Source of the DNA: Octopus vulgaris
Taxonomy: Eukaryota
Assembly (NCBI GenBank): GCA_951406725.2
Contig: OX597820.1
Coordinates: forward strand, 116,560,001 to 116,624,000
Direction of reading: 5' to 3'
Length of the DNA stretch: 64,000 bases
Part shown: positions 25,801 through 38,408 of the stretch, piece after piece
Position numbering within the stretch: the first letter of the stretch is position 1
Layout: each line of letters starts with the position of its first letter
Notes under the pieces: model-generated
What the model was told of the DNA's origin: nothing
Database searches by the model: none
What the model saw: only the letters and a program-made list of their open reading frames with translations
Made by a program: the position numbers and the translations under genes

Positions 25801-25874
25801 CTGGAGGATGTCCGGTACTAAGGCAGCTGAAATGAAGCTATAATGAAAGGAAGCCATAATAATAATAATAATAA

Positions 25875-26180
25875 TGGCATAAACATGAGCCAGAGGCTAT
25901 GGTAGAGAGTAATAATTGCAGGATTTTATGGGATTTCCCCATAAAGACTGACCATACAATTGACGCTACAGGACCAGATATGATTATAGGGAACAAAAAA
26001 AAAAGATGTGTAAGATTACAGACATTTCCATATGATAACAGGAAAGATACCAAAGAAATTTAGAAAAACCGAGAAATATCAGGACATAGCCAATGAGATG
26101 AAGAGATTCTGGAAGGCTAAGATGAGAATTGTTCCTGCAGTAATTGGTGCACTCAGCACATCAAAATCTTTGCTAAATAA
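25875..26180 (+). mobile_element. R4/Dong-clade RLE fragment, copy 3
   Basis: HKHEPEAMVESNNCRILWDFPIKTDHTIDATGPDMII...KTEKYQDIANEMKRFWK...IVPAVIGAL, starting directly after (TAA)n. Confidence 0.82.
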
Positions 26181-26709
26181 TAAAGCAGGTAATAGCTTTG
26201 ATAATAATGATAATTCTTTCTGTTATAAGCACAAAGCCTGGAATTTTGGAGAAATGGTTAACCAATTACATCAACTCCATCACTTGACTGGTGCTATATT
26301 CTATTGATCCTGAAAGGAAGAATGGCAAAGTTGACCATGGCAAGATTTGAACTCTGTAAAGAGCGAGAGGAGATGCCACTAAACATTTTGTCCAAAATGC
26401 TAATGATTCTGCCAGTTCGTCACCTCAACCCTTTTGTTACCATATTTCTGTTGAGATTCTTTGTGCGTCTTTCAGTTAATTTTAAACATAACAAAGAATT
26501 TAGTAAAATAACTTCGTTATCATTAAGCTAGTGTTCAGAATATTAATTGTGACTAAGGTTTGGTAGAAGATTTTAGTTCAAAACTTATGAAAACAAAACA
26601 TTTGTACTACAAAGCCAAAGCCGGTTTCAACCGGGTTGGTAACGAAAGGGTTATGATAATCATTTCTACTATAGGCACAAGGCCAGAAATTTTTGAGGAG
26701 GGCCAAGTT

Positions 26710-27045
26710 CAGTGGTTCTCAAATGGGGTCCACATAGACCCTGAGAGTCCACATCAGATTTTTGGGCTCCATACAGCAAAACAGTAAATTGGGAATCCAC
26801 AATAATATTTTAAAGGCCACTGAAAAATATTTGCTTTAGACATATGTATTGGTATGTAATGCAAGGAACAGATTTCTTTCTCTGACATTTTACATAATTC
26901 AACTTTCACAAATTAATGCGTGAAAACATTAATGAATAACATTCTATGAAAGTAGTTCTTAAACAATGAATGGCTACGGGGGTCCACCAGAATAAAATCA
27001 CAATCAAAGGGGGTCCATAGATAAAAATTGGTTGAGAACCCCCTG
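26710..27045. mobile_element. hAT MITE nested in a family C SINE
   Basis: TIR cagtggttctcaa / ttgagaaccccctg; degenerate 8-bp TSD gccaagtt / gtctagtt; SINE sequence continues on both sides. Confidence 0.75.
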
Positions 27046-27166
27046 GTCTAGTTGGTTGCATCAACCCCCAGTTCTTCACTGGTACTTGTTTTATCAACCA
27101 TGAAACATCAAAATACAAATTGATCTCAACAGAAATTGAACCCCAAACAATAATAAAGATATTTAC

Positions 27167-27257
27167 AATGATTTTTACGCAGTCACTATCATGAACTGCA
27201 CAAGTCACTGTACCCATCAAGAAGGATTCACCTCCACTCCGAGAAAACTGCGAAAAT
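27167..27257 (-). CDS. SH3PX1: Sorting nexin Yoke-N exon ([R]FSQFSRSGGESFLMGTVTCAVHDSDCVKII)
   Basis: Resembles the family motif RFS.F.KSG.E.FL.G; ctttttcag acceptor, gtaaat donor; 91 nt, phase 2-0. Confidence 0.92.
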
Positions 27258-29933
27258 CTGAAAAAGAAAAAAGGGCAATAAAAAATTAGATGAATTTAGG
27301 AAGTGAAATGAAGGCTGCACTAAAACAAGAAGGATAACTACCAGAACAAATGTTTTACAATATTAAATATTGCACCTATTTTTTGAGTAAACAAATGTTT
27401 TGGGTTGATAAGTGTGAACTGAGGTTGATTCAAGCAATTATGCATCTATGCCCAGTTTGTGTTTATTTAATGCAAAGAGCATAAGAAATAATTCATATGT
27501 CCAGCTAAGAGCAATATTAGTCAATTAACAATATTGAGTCATTCAGAAAGTATGGGAGTTAACTCTGGATGTGTTTTGCTCTTATTAAACCTTCTCAGTA
27601 TATTTGCTGAAGATGAGATAATTACTAAGTAAATGTAAAGTAGTGTGTACTTGTGAGCATAGATATCATGTCAGAAGAAAATGATCTGCTCTGATAACCA
27701 TGTAAACCAGCACAGTCTGCTTTTTGGTTCTAGGGTATTGTCTAGTACATGGAAGATGAAAGGGTCACTAATAGGACAAAAATATCTGTTTACAAGGGCA
27801 GATAAATTCTGCAGAGAGTAGATGAACATCCATGAAACCTACAAATGGAATGGGGTACCCATCAAAGCTTTTGAAAACTGTCGTGCCAACCCCTGCACAT
27901 TGTTATCTTTCCTCTGGCCTAGGAAGGCCACTTGATAAATGAGAGGATGAGCCCGGATGGTTTAAATTAATCCTGGCCAGGATTATCATTGTGGTGATGT
28001 TGCTACTGTAGCATTGCTAGAAATAATGGATGCCAGCCATTCATTCATTCTTGAACTGAGTAGAAATCATCATCATTTAATATCCACTTTTCTATGCTTG
28101 CATGGGTCAGATGGAATTTACTGAAGTAGATTTTTCTATGTTTGGATGCCCTTCCTGTCACCAACCATCACCTGTTTCCAAGCAAACAGATATTTCTCAT
28201 GGTTAGACATCTTTTTCATGGAAGAACAAAAACAAACAAACATTAGTTGTATGATGAAGATGCTTATCTACAACCATCACATGATATCAAGGCAAGGATG
28301 TACACACACACACACACACAACAGAAAGATCCAGAAAATATTAAATACTATTCTTAAACATTATCTGCATGATAAAAACAAACTATCGGTAAATGAGTGT
28401 TGACATAATTAATGCAGAAAGCTAAGAAAAAAAATATTAAGTCATTGACTGATAATGTTCTGAGCAAAACGGTTTCATCTCCATCTTTATTGAAGGGGCA
28501 GGGATGAAACGATGTTTCTATGTTGATTTGGAGGATCATAAAAATGGCTGGGGTCTCACTTATGAGTTAAGATCTTTCTCTCTTTTTCTCTTTTTACTGG
28601 TTTCAGTCATTTTGACTGCGGCCATGCTGGTGCACCGCCTTTAATCAAGCAACTCGACATCAGGACTTATTCTTTGTAAGCCCAGTACTTATTCTATCAG
28701 TCTCTTTTGCCGAACCGCTAAGTGACGGGGACATAAACACACTAGCATCGGTTGTCAAGCAATGCTAGGGGGACAAACACAGACACACAAACATACACGC
28801 ACATACATATATACGGGCTTCTTTCAGTTTTCGTCTACCAAATCCACTCACAAGGCTTTGGTTGGCCCAAGGCTATAGTAGAAGACACTTGCCCAGGGTG
28901 CTACGCAGTGGGACTGAACCCGGAACCATGTGGTTGGTAAACAAGCTACTTACCACACAGCCACCCCTGCGCCTATATATCTTTTCCTTCTGGAATCTGT
29001 TAAATAACAACTACCAGTAATACACTGGAACAGACTTTTTTAATTACATCCCAACAAACCTCCTACAACACTAAAACCAAGCACAAAATACTTTCATAAG
29101 AAATAAGTATTTTCTTTTCTGAAAGTAATTAAGAATCAACACATTTGTTAGTCTTATATTAAGACTAATCAGTCGAGAATAATCACACAGCAGGTTACAT
29201 TTAAGGTCTGACAGAAACTAGAGAAATCGATTCAAAATTTTTATATTTTGTATAATTCAGAAAGAACTCAATTGTGATATGACATTGTGGATAGGTGGAT
29301 AGAATGTGCTTGTGTCTAAACTCCTAACATGTAGATTAAAATGAGCATGTAGACAAGTTCACAAAATGCAACTCTGATAATCTTCTCAAATACATTTACA
29401 AAGGAATTAATTAACCTCCACTGATTTATGATATGCAATCTGCTTTATCAGTTAATGTCAATCTGTGATATTTGAGTATAAGACACATTTTGCTTATACT
29501 CGCTCAAGGCAAGAACAAGAAGTAAAAGTACAGCAGTAGTGAGCTTTTGTGTCTAACCATTTCACTTCATAAAACCATTTCATTTTGCTTTTATCCTTGA
29601 CACTCTTGTGAAAATAACGATCCTCATACAATTTTATTTGCATCCCCCATCTTTCAAATTGAAAACCTTGTGTGCATAAAAGAAATCAATGGTCATCATA
29701 ATATATTCACAGGATACAGAATTGGTAGCATCGTAAAATGTGGTTTGTTAGTGTTCTACTAAAAGCCATGCAGTTGTTACAGGGTGAAGAATTGAGTTGT
29801 GGTGCCATATGTCTTGAGTGCTTTGTTGCAATGGGACAGAATATATGCACATTATGGAGTGCTGGCTGCTTTTGCTTTTTAACAAGAAATAAAGGTGACG
29901 GCATTGGTGGCAGAGTGCGTTTCCTCATCTTAC

Positions 29934-30083
29934 ATGACTGAGTCTCTTGATGCTTGAGAGACAGACGATGGTGTACGTTTAACTGGGCCACGAGATAAAC
30001 TGCTTCGGAATGCTGGAGATTCGTTTGGAATGTCTGCTGTACACATTGGGAATATTTTGGACATGGGCCAAAATGCTAAACTA
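29934..30083 (-). CDS. Candidate alternative cassette exon ([S]SLAFWPMSKIFPMCTADIPNESPAFRSSLSRGPVKRTPSSVSQASRDSV[I])
   Basis: Long pyrimidine tract with ttttcag acceptor, gtaaga donor, 150 nt, open in the phase-2 frame of the host intron; no homology support. Confidence 0.55.
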
Positions 30084-30749
30084 CTGAAAAAGAATAGGGT
30101 TAAAAATAGGAAGAAGAAAAAAAGGAATGAAGAATAAAAATAGGAAGAATGAAATAGAAAGCAAGATTAGGTTACAATGGAAAAAAATTCAAGAAAAAAA
30201 TAAGTCACTGGAGGGTGATTGAAATGTTTGTTTCTTGGATAAATCAACAAATGATAGAGAATGGAGTCAAGTTTGCCATATAAAATAGGATTTCAAAGTT
30301 TCAAATATTAAAGACAAAGAAAGAAAGTAGAAAAAAAAAATAGAACCTAAGAAATTAATGTTGATCCCTATCAGGAAGAACTAGAATTGCTTCCTGTGTT
30401 AATGAATATAAAGTCCAATAATAACCATTTGTTATAATTAAACAGAAAGAATTGGAAGAACCCAGAGATAATTCTCACAGGGAATAGTTCCATTTGTAGC
30501 AGAGGAGATGTTATGCAAAATACATTGCTTTAGGAAGTGCAAATAAGTGCAAACTCTTTTATTCTTTTACTTGATTCAGTCATCTGACTGCGGTCATGCT
30601 GGAGCACTGCCTTCAGTCGAACAAATCAACCCCAGAGCTTATTCTTTGTAAGCCTGGTACTTATTCTATCAGTCACTTTTGCCAAACCACTAAGTTATGG
30701 GGATGTAAACACACCAGCATCAGTTCTCACAGACACACAAACATATACG

Positions 30750-30793
<44 letters not shown>

Positions 30794-31240
30794 GCTTCTT
30801 CCAGTTTCCATCAACCAAATCCACTCACAAGGCTTAAGTCGGCCCGAGGCTATAGTAGAAGACACTTGCCCAAGGTGCCACGCAGTGGGACCGAGCCTGG
30901 GACCATGTGGTTGGTAAGCAAGCTACTTACCACACATCCAATCCTGCGCCTACACTGGCATAGAAAAAAATTTCTATTTAACCCATTTAACTTCTCAATG
31001 TTTCAATCAAATCTCAACAAACACTTTAATCCTTTTAGAAGCAATCCAGATGAAACCAAAATTGGTTCCATGACTCAAAACTTCCAGTCTTTAAATCAGC
31101 AATGTTCTTTATAATGTTAACTAAGAAAAGTCAGGTATTTTACTAAATCTATTGCAATTCTTGGGTGGTATGGTTCATTAGAAATTTGGTAATGAGGAAA
31201 TGCTAAAATCCCACTTTTAAAGGAGACTTATGCTGCTTAA

Positions 31241-31461
31241 CCCTTTACTGTTCGCATTATTCTGCCAAAATTAATGCTTTTTCATCCACATTGCCTTGAA
31301 CTAATCAGGCATTATGTTGTAGCTTTGAGATTTTGATTAGGTTGCTGTTAATTTTCAAGATGATATTGTAGGGTTGGTGTGAGATGTCAGATCTGTCCAG
31401 TTTTCACATAAAACAGGCAGAATACTTTTGGCCGGATATGGCCGGTTTGAATGCTAAAGGG
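31241..31461. mobile_element. piggyBac-like MITE (family 2)
   Basis: TTAA flanks, cccttta / taaaggg TIR; related copies at about 21740-21935 and 42830-43005. Confidence 0.75.
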
Positions 31462-32339
31462 TTAAAGGTCATTTTAACTGAAGATAGTGTGCTTACCATT
31501 AACCAATAAATGTGAATAGTTTTACTTTGAAATTCTGATTGAGTGTATAATTTAATGAGTTGGTGCAGGTATGGCTGTGTGGTTAAGAAGCTTGCCTTGC
31601 AACCATGTGGTTTCAGGTTCAGTCCCACTGTGTGACACTTAGGGCAAGTGTCTCTTACTATAGCCCCAGGCTGACCAATGCCTTGTGAGTGAATCTTGTA
31701 GATGGAAACAGAGTAGAGGTTCATTTTATAATTAGAATGTGGTAGAATCCTTCAATTGATTGTGGTAAAGACAGTTGGATGGTATTTTGCATAAACAATG
31801 CTTTCTGGACTGGTGGTACGTAAAAAGCACTATCCGACTCGTGGCTGATGCCAGCGCCGCCTCGACTGGCTTCCGTGCTGGTGGCACGTAAAATGCACTA
31901 ATCCGACCGTGGCCGTTGCCAGCCTCGCCTGGCACCTGTGCAGGTGGCACGTAAAAAGCACCCACTACACTCACGGAGTGGTTGGCGTTAGGAAGGGCAT
32001 CCAGCTGTAGAAACATTGTGAGATAAAACTGGAGCCTGGTGCAGCCTTCTGGCTTCCCAGATCCCCGGTCGAACCGTCCAACCCATGCCAGCATGGAGAA
32101 CGGACGTTAAACGATGTTGATGATGAAATGATAACTGATCAATAAAATTTATTAATCAAAGCAGCAATTACACTTCATCCTGTATCAAGATTAGAGAAAA
32201 AAAATTCTAAGATGACAAGCGCTACACAAATTCAGTATGAAAACAACAAATGTTGCCTACCATGTGGTAATCAAGTCTGTAAATGAAAGGAATGGAAGAA
32301 GTAATAAGCACTACAGCTGTTTCAAAAGGGACATTGAGT

Positions 32340-32850
32340 GTATATGGCCCAAACTGCTGACTTTTCTGATGGGATGCAGGTGTCGGATTGTTGAATGACC
32401 AAATCCAAGCTTCTCTACTAGTTCCACAACAGAAGTTCCACCAGGGTTTGGAGGATGCCCATGCCAAGCTCTACAGATTTTCCAGGATGAGTCTCGTCTT
32501 CTAGGCTGTATTTTCCGGCTCAGAATTTCTGGAATCACCGTTGACACTGGCTTACGCTTATTGCCCAATCCTCATATACTGCATTACGCTTTCCATCGCG
32601 TTGTTGCCTTTATTGAACTCAAAAAGCAAAATATGCCGAATATGCTCCTTTGTCACTTCTATTACAGTTTTGAAAAAAATAACTGTTAAAATCTAACTAC
32701 ACTCTTCAAAACTTGCACTAAGAATAAGGACAAGGGAAAATTACTACCTGCTTTTATAGCAAGTTGATGCAGGTAGGTTATCCCGTCTCCCTCTGACTTT
32801 TAGTTCATACAATTGAAAAAAACCCCCATTATTTATGGTATGACCCAACA
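32340..32850 (-). mobile_element. 5' part of a second mariner copy (same family as 11080-12360)
   Basis: Reverse complement of about 11080-11600, including the left TIR and the start of the transposase (KEHIRHILL). Confidence 0.88.
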
Positions 32851-35551
32851 TATATATATATATATATATCTACACGTGTGTGTATCATCTGTGTGTGTTT
32901 CTGCTTACCACCCACCCACCCAAGACCACCACTTAATACTTTGGCAAAAGTGACTGATAGAATAAGTACTAGACTTTAAAAATATGTTCTAGGGTCATAA
33001 AATGAGGTATTGTGCAAGAACCTCATTCCTAAATTTCCAAGTTCAACCCCACTGAATGTGGTTCACTGTATTTGGGACAGAACATATATTTCTACAGACT
33101 TCAGTTCTGTTAGATGTTGAAAATACCCAACCTGTCTTCTGGGAAAATTGCCAGAATGAGAATGGCATCCAAATAACTGGCGGAGAGTTAATCTCTTGAC
33201 ATCAGTTCTAACTCTAGGAAACTGGAGCTAATGAAATACTGCTCTACCATCACAACTCTCAGAAAGTGAAGACTCTCAGAATATCTGTAGAATTAATAGG
33301 CTCTAAATTCATAAATGTTCAGGGTTAAAAAATTGCAACATCAGCTGATAGATTATCCAAATCAAAAGAATCTACAACTCTATTCTGTCCTTTATCTTTT
33401 ACTTGTTTCAGTCGTTAGACAGTGGCCACATCAACCTTGGTATTTGTGGTTTTAAAGTTCAAGTACCCTTGATGCATCAGGTGATATGATATGCTTGAGA
33501 AGACCTGTTGAGTAGAGTAAAACCAAAATTGTAGCTGTGGCCAGTGCCCCCTGATTGGCTCCTGTTCTGATGGCACGTAAAATGCATCATCCAAACATGG
33601 TCAATGCCAGTGCCCCCTGATTGGCTCCTGTGCCGGTGGTACATAAAAAGCACCATCTGAACATGGTTGATGCCAGGTTCACCTGACTGGCTCCCGCGCT
33701 GGTGGCATGTAAAAAGCATCACCTGACCGTGGCCCATGCCAGTGCTCTCTGACTGGCTTCCATGTCAGTGGCATGTAAAAAGCACCCTCTACACTCTCGG
33801 AGTGGTTGGCATTAGGAAGGGCACCCAGCTGTAGAAACTGCCAGATCAGATTGGAGCCTGGTGCAGCCTTCTGGCTTGCAAGACCTCAGTCAAACCGTCC
33901 AACCCATGCCAGCATGGAAAACGGACATTAAACGATGATGAGTACTTATTCTGTCAATTTCTTTTGCCAAACTGCTAAGTTACAAGGCATGTGAACAAAC
34001 CAATACTGGTTGTCACGTAATGGTGCTGGACAAACACAAAGACATACACACACAGACATGCGCATGTGCATATGCATGTGTAAACAATTTAATTGAAATG
34101 CTTACACTATACAAGGTTCTCCACAATTCAATGTTTAAGAGAGAGAGAAAAACTGCAGTGTCAGTCTTTTTCTAACGAGTCAGATTGCAAAGCATATTGA
34201 CTATTAGAACTGCCATATCAAATTACCGTTATTGTCATTCTGAATGTAAGAATTAAATACAGCTGCGAAATTAGATAATGCACTCACATAGATACGCATG
34301 TGCACAATGTGGAAAATTAAAAGAATTCCAGTCAGAAAAATGGAGTCAAGTAATTTGAGAAAAAAAAAAAAAAAATTATAATAATAATAATAAACAATAA
34401 AAATAAAAATGCTACAGCTGCTGGACTAAATTTCTACTAAAGAAATTTTATATCTTTTAATCGTTTCAGTCATAAAACTGTGGCCATGCTGGGGCACTGC
34501 CTTGAATTTTAATTGAAGAATGAACCAGTGTACTTTTTTTTTTTAAAGCTGGTACTTATTCTATTGGTCTCTTTTGCTGAACCACTAAGTTACAGAGATG
34601 TAAACACACACACACACACACATATGATAGGCTTTCTTTCAGTTTCCATTGACCAAATCCATTCACAGGTGCCATGCAGTAGGGCTGAACTTGGAACCTT
34701 GAGGTTGGGAGGCAAACCTATTACCACACAACCATTACAGAATGGTCATTAAACAAATAAATATATGATAAAATGCAACATAAATGAAGAAAACAAGCAA
34801 ACAAAAAAAGAGAAAAACAAAGGAATGAATGGAAATTCCTTTAAATTTTAGTTGAAGACCAGCAGTTTTGTGGGGAGGGGGTCAGTTGATTACATGGAGC
34901 CCAGAGCTTGATTGGTTCTTTATCAAGCCTTAAAGGATGAAAGAAGCAAAGTCTACCTCATCAGGATTTGAACTCAGAAAGTAGAGAGCTGAAGAAATGC
35001 TGCAACACTTTTTGTCCAAAACACTAACAATTCCATCAGCTCGGCACCTGAATGAACCAAAATTACAAAGATAAACACATGCTTGGATCATCACCGCTTC
35101 CTTATTTCCAACACAAAGACATTTGTAGGGGTCAATGAAGGAAAATCTTCCTGAAATTACAGCTTACTGTCATAATAGGAATGACACATTGAATAATGTA
35201 GTCCTAGATACATCACAACAGAAATGCCTTTGCTAGTTCAGGACTGACAGAGTTACACAGCAACCACAACAGCTAACACATCTATTCTCATTTATTATGG
35301 GTATTTGGTTAAAATATTTTTTTACTAACCCCACCATGTTAAATGAATCAATGATTAATGAGTAACAGAACATACATAAAAAAAGTAGGTTTTGTTCTGA
35401 GACCCCAAGTTGTCCTGAGCATTAAGGACGGTTGCTGGGGCATGCTTTTGGGGTTTAACCAGAATCGTTGGTTGCTAACCTGTTATCACAGATCAATTCC
35501 TGGTAAGCATAACATGATTCACAATGAACATACTGTGTTATAGTGGATCGT

Positions 35552-35938
35552 GGAGGCGCAATGGCCCAGTGGTTAGGGCAGCGGACTCGCGGTCATAGGA
35601 TCGCGGTTTCGATTCCCAGACCGGGCGTTGTGAGTGTTTATTGAGCGAAAACACCTAAAGCTCCACGAGGCTCCAGCAGGGATGGTGGTGATCCCTGCTG
35701 TACTCTTTCACCACAACTTTCTCTCACTCTTACTTCCCATTTCCGTTCTACCTGTATTTCAAAGGGCCGACCTTGTCACTCTCTGTGTCATGCTGAATAT
35801 CCCCGAGAACTACGTTAAGGGTACACGTGTCTGTGGAGTGCTCAGCCACTTACACGTTAATGTCACGAGCAGGCTGTTCCGTTGATCGGATCAACCGGAA
35901 CCCTCGTCGTCGTAACCGATGGAGTGCTTCCATCCCAT
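35552..35938 (+). mobile_element. Family D-head tRNA(Arg-like) SINE with a different 3' body
   Basis: Same ~200-nt 5' part as 22305-22598, then ccccgagaactacgttaagggtacacgtg...ccctcgtcgtcgtaaccga; CpG-rich, so probably young. Confidence 0.8.
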
Positions 35939-36367
35939 CATGGATCAGTGATGAATGAATCAATGTTAAACAAGGATAACTGCAGTTAACTTAATTTATC
36001 AGATGCCTTTAGCAGAATCCACTCTTATTGTAAATGTTTGGGGTCAGGTCTCCAGTCTAAGTATAACTCCATCACTTCTTCCAACTCCTCTCAAAGTCCC
36101 TGATAAAAGTGGTGGCCACTATATTACCTACACTACCTCCATAAACGTACCCATTCTTTTATTCTTTTACTTGTTTCAGTCATTTGAGTGTGTCCATGCT
36201 GGAGCACCACCTTTAATTGAACAAATTGACCCTAGGACTTATTCTTTGTAAGCCTAGTACTTATTCTATTGGTGTCTAAGTTGTGGGGATGTAAATACAC
36301 CAACATCGATTGTCAAGCAACGACGGGAGGGGTGGGGGCAAATACAGACACACAAATACATACATAC

Positions 36368-36418
<51 letters not shown>

Positions 36419-37743
36419 TGTGTGGTGTGCTTCTTTCAGTTTCCATCCACCAAATCCACTTTGGCCAGCCTGAGGCTGTAGTAGAAAACACTTGCCTAAG
36501 GTGCCACAATGGGACTGAACCCTGAGCCATGTGGTTGAGAAGCAAACTTCTTACCACACAGCCAAGCCTGAATATTTAAAAATTTCCAAAACACATGGTT
36601 TGGAGTTCAATTCCACTGTGTGGCACCTTGGGCAAGTGTCTTGCGAGTGGATTTGGTAGACAGAAACTGAAAGAAGCCTGTCATATATGTGTATGTATAT
36701 ATTTGTGCATTTGTGTCTGTGTTTGTCTCCCTACCATCGCTTGACAACTGGTGTTGGTGTGTTTACATCCCAGTAGCTTAGCAATTCGGCAAAAGACTGA
36801 TAAATACCAAGCTTACAAGGAATAAGTCCAGGGGTCAATTTCTTCAACTAAAAGGCGGTGCTCTAGCATGGCCACAGTCAAAATGACTGAAACAAATAAA
36901 AGAATACAATATACATGTACTATAGACATCTCTGCACAGAGATTTCCTTTCACTTCTCATCTTCCGCAGCAGTAATAGTTTTACTGTATCCATTCGTGTA
37001 TAACATGCACTCTTTTCAATTCTAAACTTTAAGAGTGTGTATTATACATGATCAGCAAAAGTCAATCAATTTTCCAGTCTTATTGACCAAGTTAAGAGAT
37101 GTGTGATAAGAGTTTAAATTGCTATATTAATGTTATTTGCTAGTGATAATACGTTAAATAAGTAAACCAACATCAGAGATCATATTGTTCAACATTGTTT
37201 ACTATTTACTAACACATTAAAAAAAGTCAAAAGCATCAGGACAAACCAAAACATAACAAAACAAAAAGGTGAAAAGTCCATCATCTCTGTTCACAAGTTG
37301 CTGCCTATCTTAGTTTATGCATTTGGACTACAATATCATCATCATTGCCTAACATCCACTTTTCTAAGCTTGCATGGGGTCAGACAAATTTGATCAGGAA
37401 GATTTTCTTCGGCTGGATGCCCTTCCTAATAATGAAAATATAAAATTCTGGACAATCCCTTTGAAAATTATTGGCAGTAATGCTTTTTAACACCTTTTTT
37501 TAATAGTCTACACAAATAAAGTTCAAAGGTTAATTTTTGAAATTGGTTTTTGTTAGGTTTAGGATAGACGAACTCTTTCAATGTGTTTTATACAGCAATT
37601 ATAATAAAACTGACTACTTTTGTTTCCAAGTATCATAATACTAAACAGTTAGTATATACTGTGCACGAAATAGGTTTTCAGAGATACCATTGTCCATATT
37701 AACGGTGCAGATTATACATGAATGTATATTATTTATGAACAAA

Positions 37744-38037
37744 CTAGCAGTATTGCTCGGTGTTGCTCGGGTTTGTAAGGGAAATAACTATATAAGCATT
37801 TTTAGAGAGTTACTTCCCTTATATAATAGCAAAAAAATGCATTAAAATGGGAAAAAATTATGGTAAATTTTTTTAAATCGTAGACTCATCATAGACACGC
37901 ACTAATACCCAGAAGGGCTCGATATGAATCATGACTATAAGATACCCGGTTTTGGTTAAACTGCACCGCAAAATGTGTGAGTAGTTAGGAATCTAAATCG
38001 TAGGAGACAGACACAACTTCACTTATATATATAAAGA
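37744..38037 (-). mobile_element. Non-autonomous Helitron
   Basis: Minus strand begins TC(tttatatatataagtg) and ends with a degenerate hairpin cccgagcaacaccgag then CTAG; sits between A and T with no TSD. Confidence 0.75.
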
Positions 38038-38295
38038 TATTGTATAAGTTTTCTTTATTTTAAGTATTGACAAATCTGAGATCAATTGCTGATATAAGAT
38101 TATAATTTTGTAGACTCTTGATCTCATGTTTTAGAGATGTCACTGACTTAATGCTACTGCTGTTAGTATCCAAAAATAAGACATTTTTGCTGATGATTAG
38201 AGATGAAACCAAATAATATGATGTGTTGATGCAAATAATCAAAGTTTTTTTTCATTTCTGAAGACAAGGTTACTAATTTCTTCCTTTATCCATAC

Positions 38296-38408
38296 CTGCT
38301 GTAATTCTTTTTTATGGTGCCATAGCTAGCTGTGTGTAGTGTGGAGTTCTTGGTCTCGTGTGATTGGATTGATTGGGAGTCTGGTTGGTGATTGTTGTTA
38401 GTGACATT
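38296..38408 (-). CDS. SH3PX1: Sorting nexin linker exon (NVTNNNHQPDSQ...SYGTIKKNYS[R])
   Basis: ttgtttcag acceptor, gtatgg donor; 113 nt, phase 0-2; joins 27257 to give the family-like GTIKKNYSRFSQFSRSGGE. Confidence 0.88.

Noticed and set aside
35553-35625. tRNA-Arg gene
   Set aside because: tRNA-like head continues into a SINE body, lacks a proper acceptor stem and is shared with 22305-22598.
38189-38212. ctgatga...gaaac hammerhead-like spacing
   Set aside because: No stem II pairing or flanking stems; chance match.
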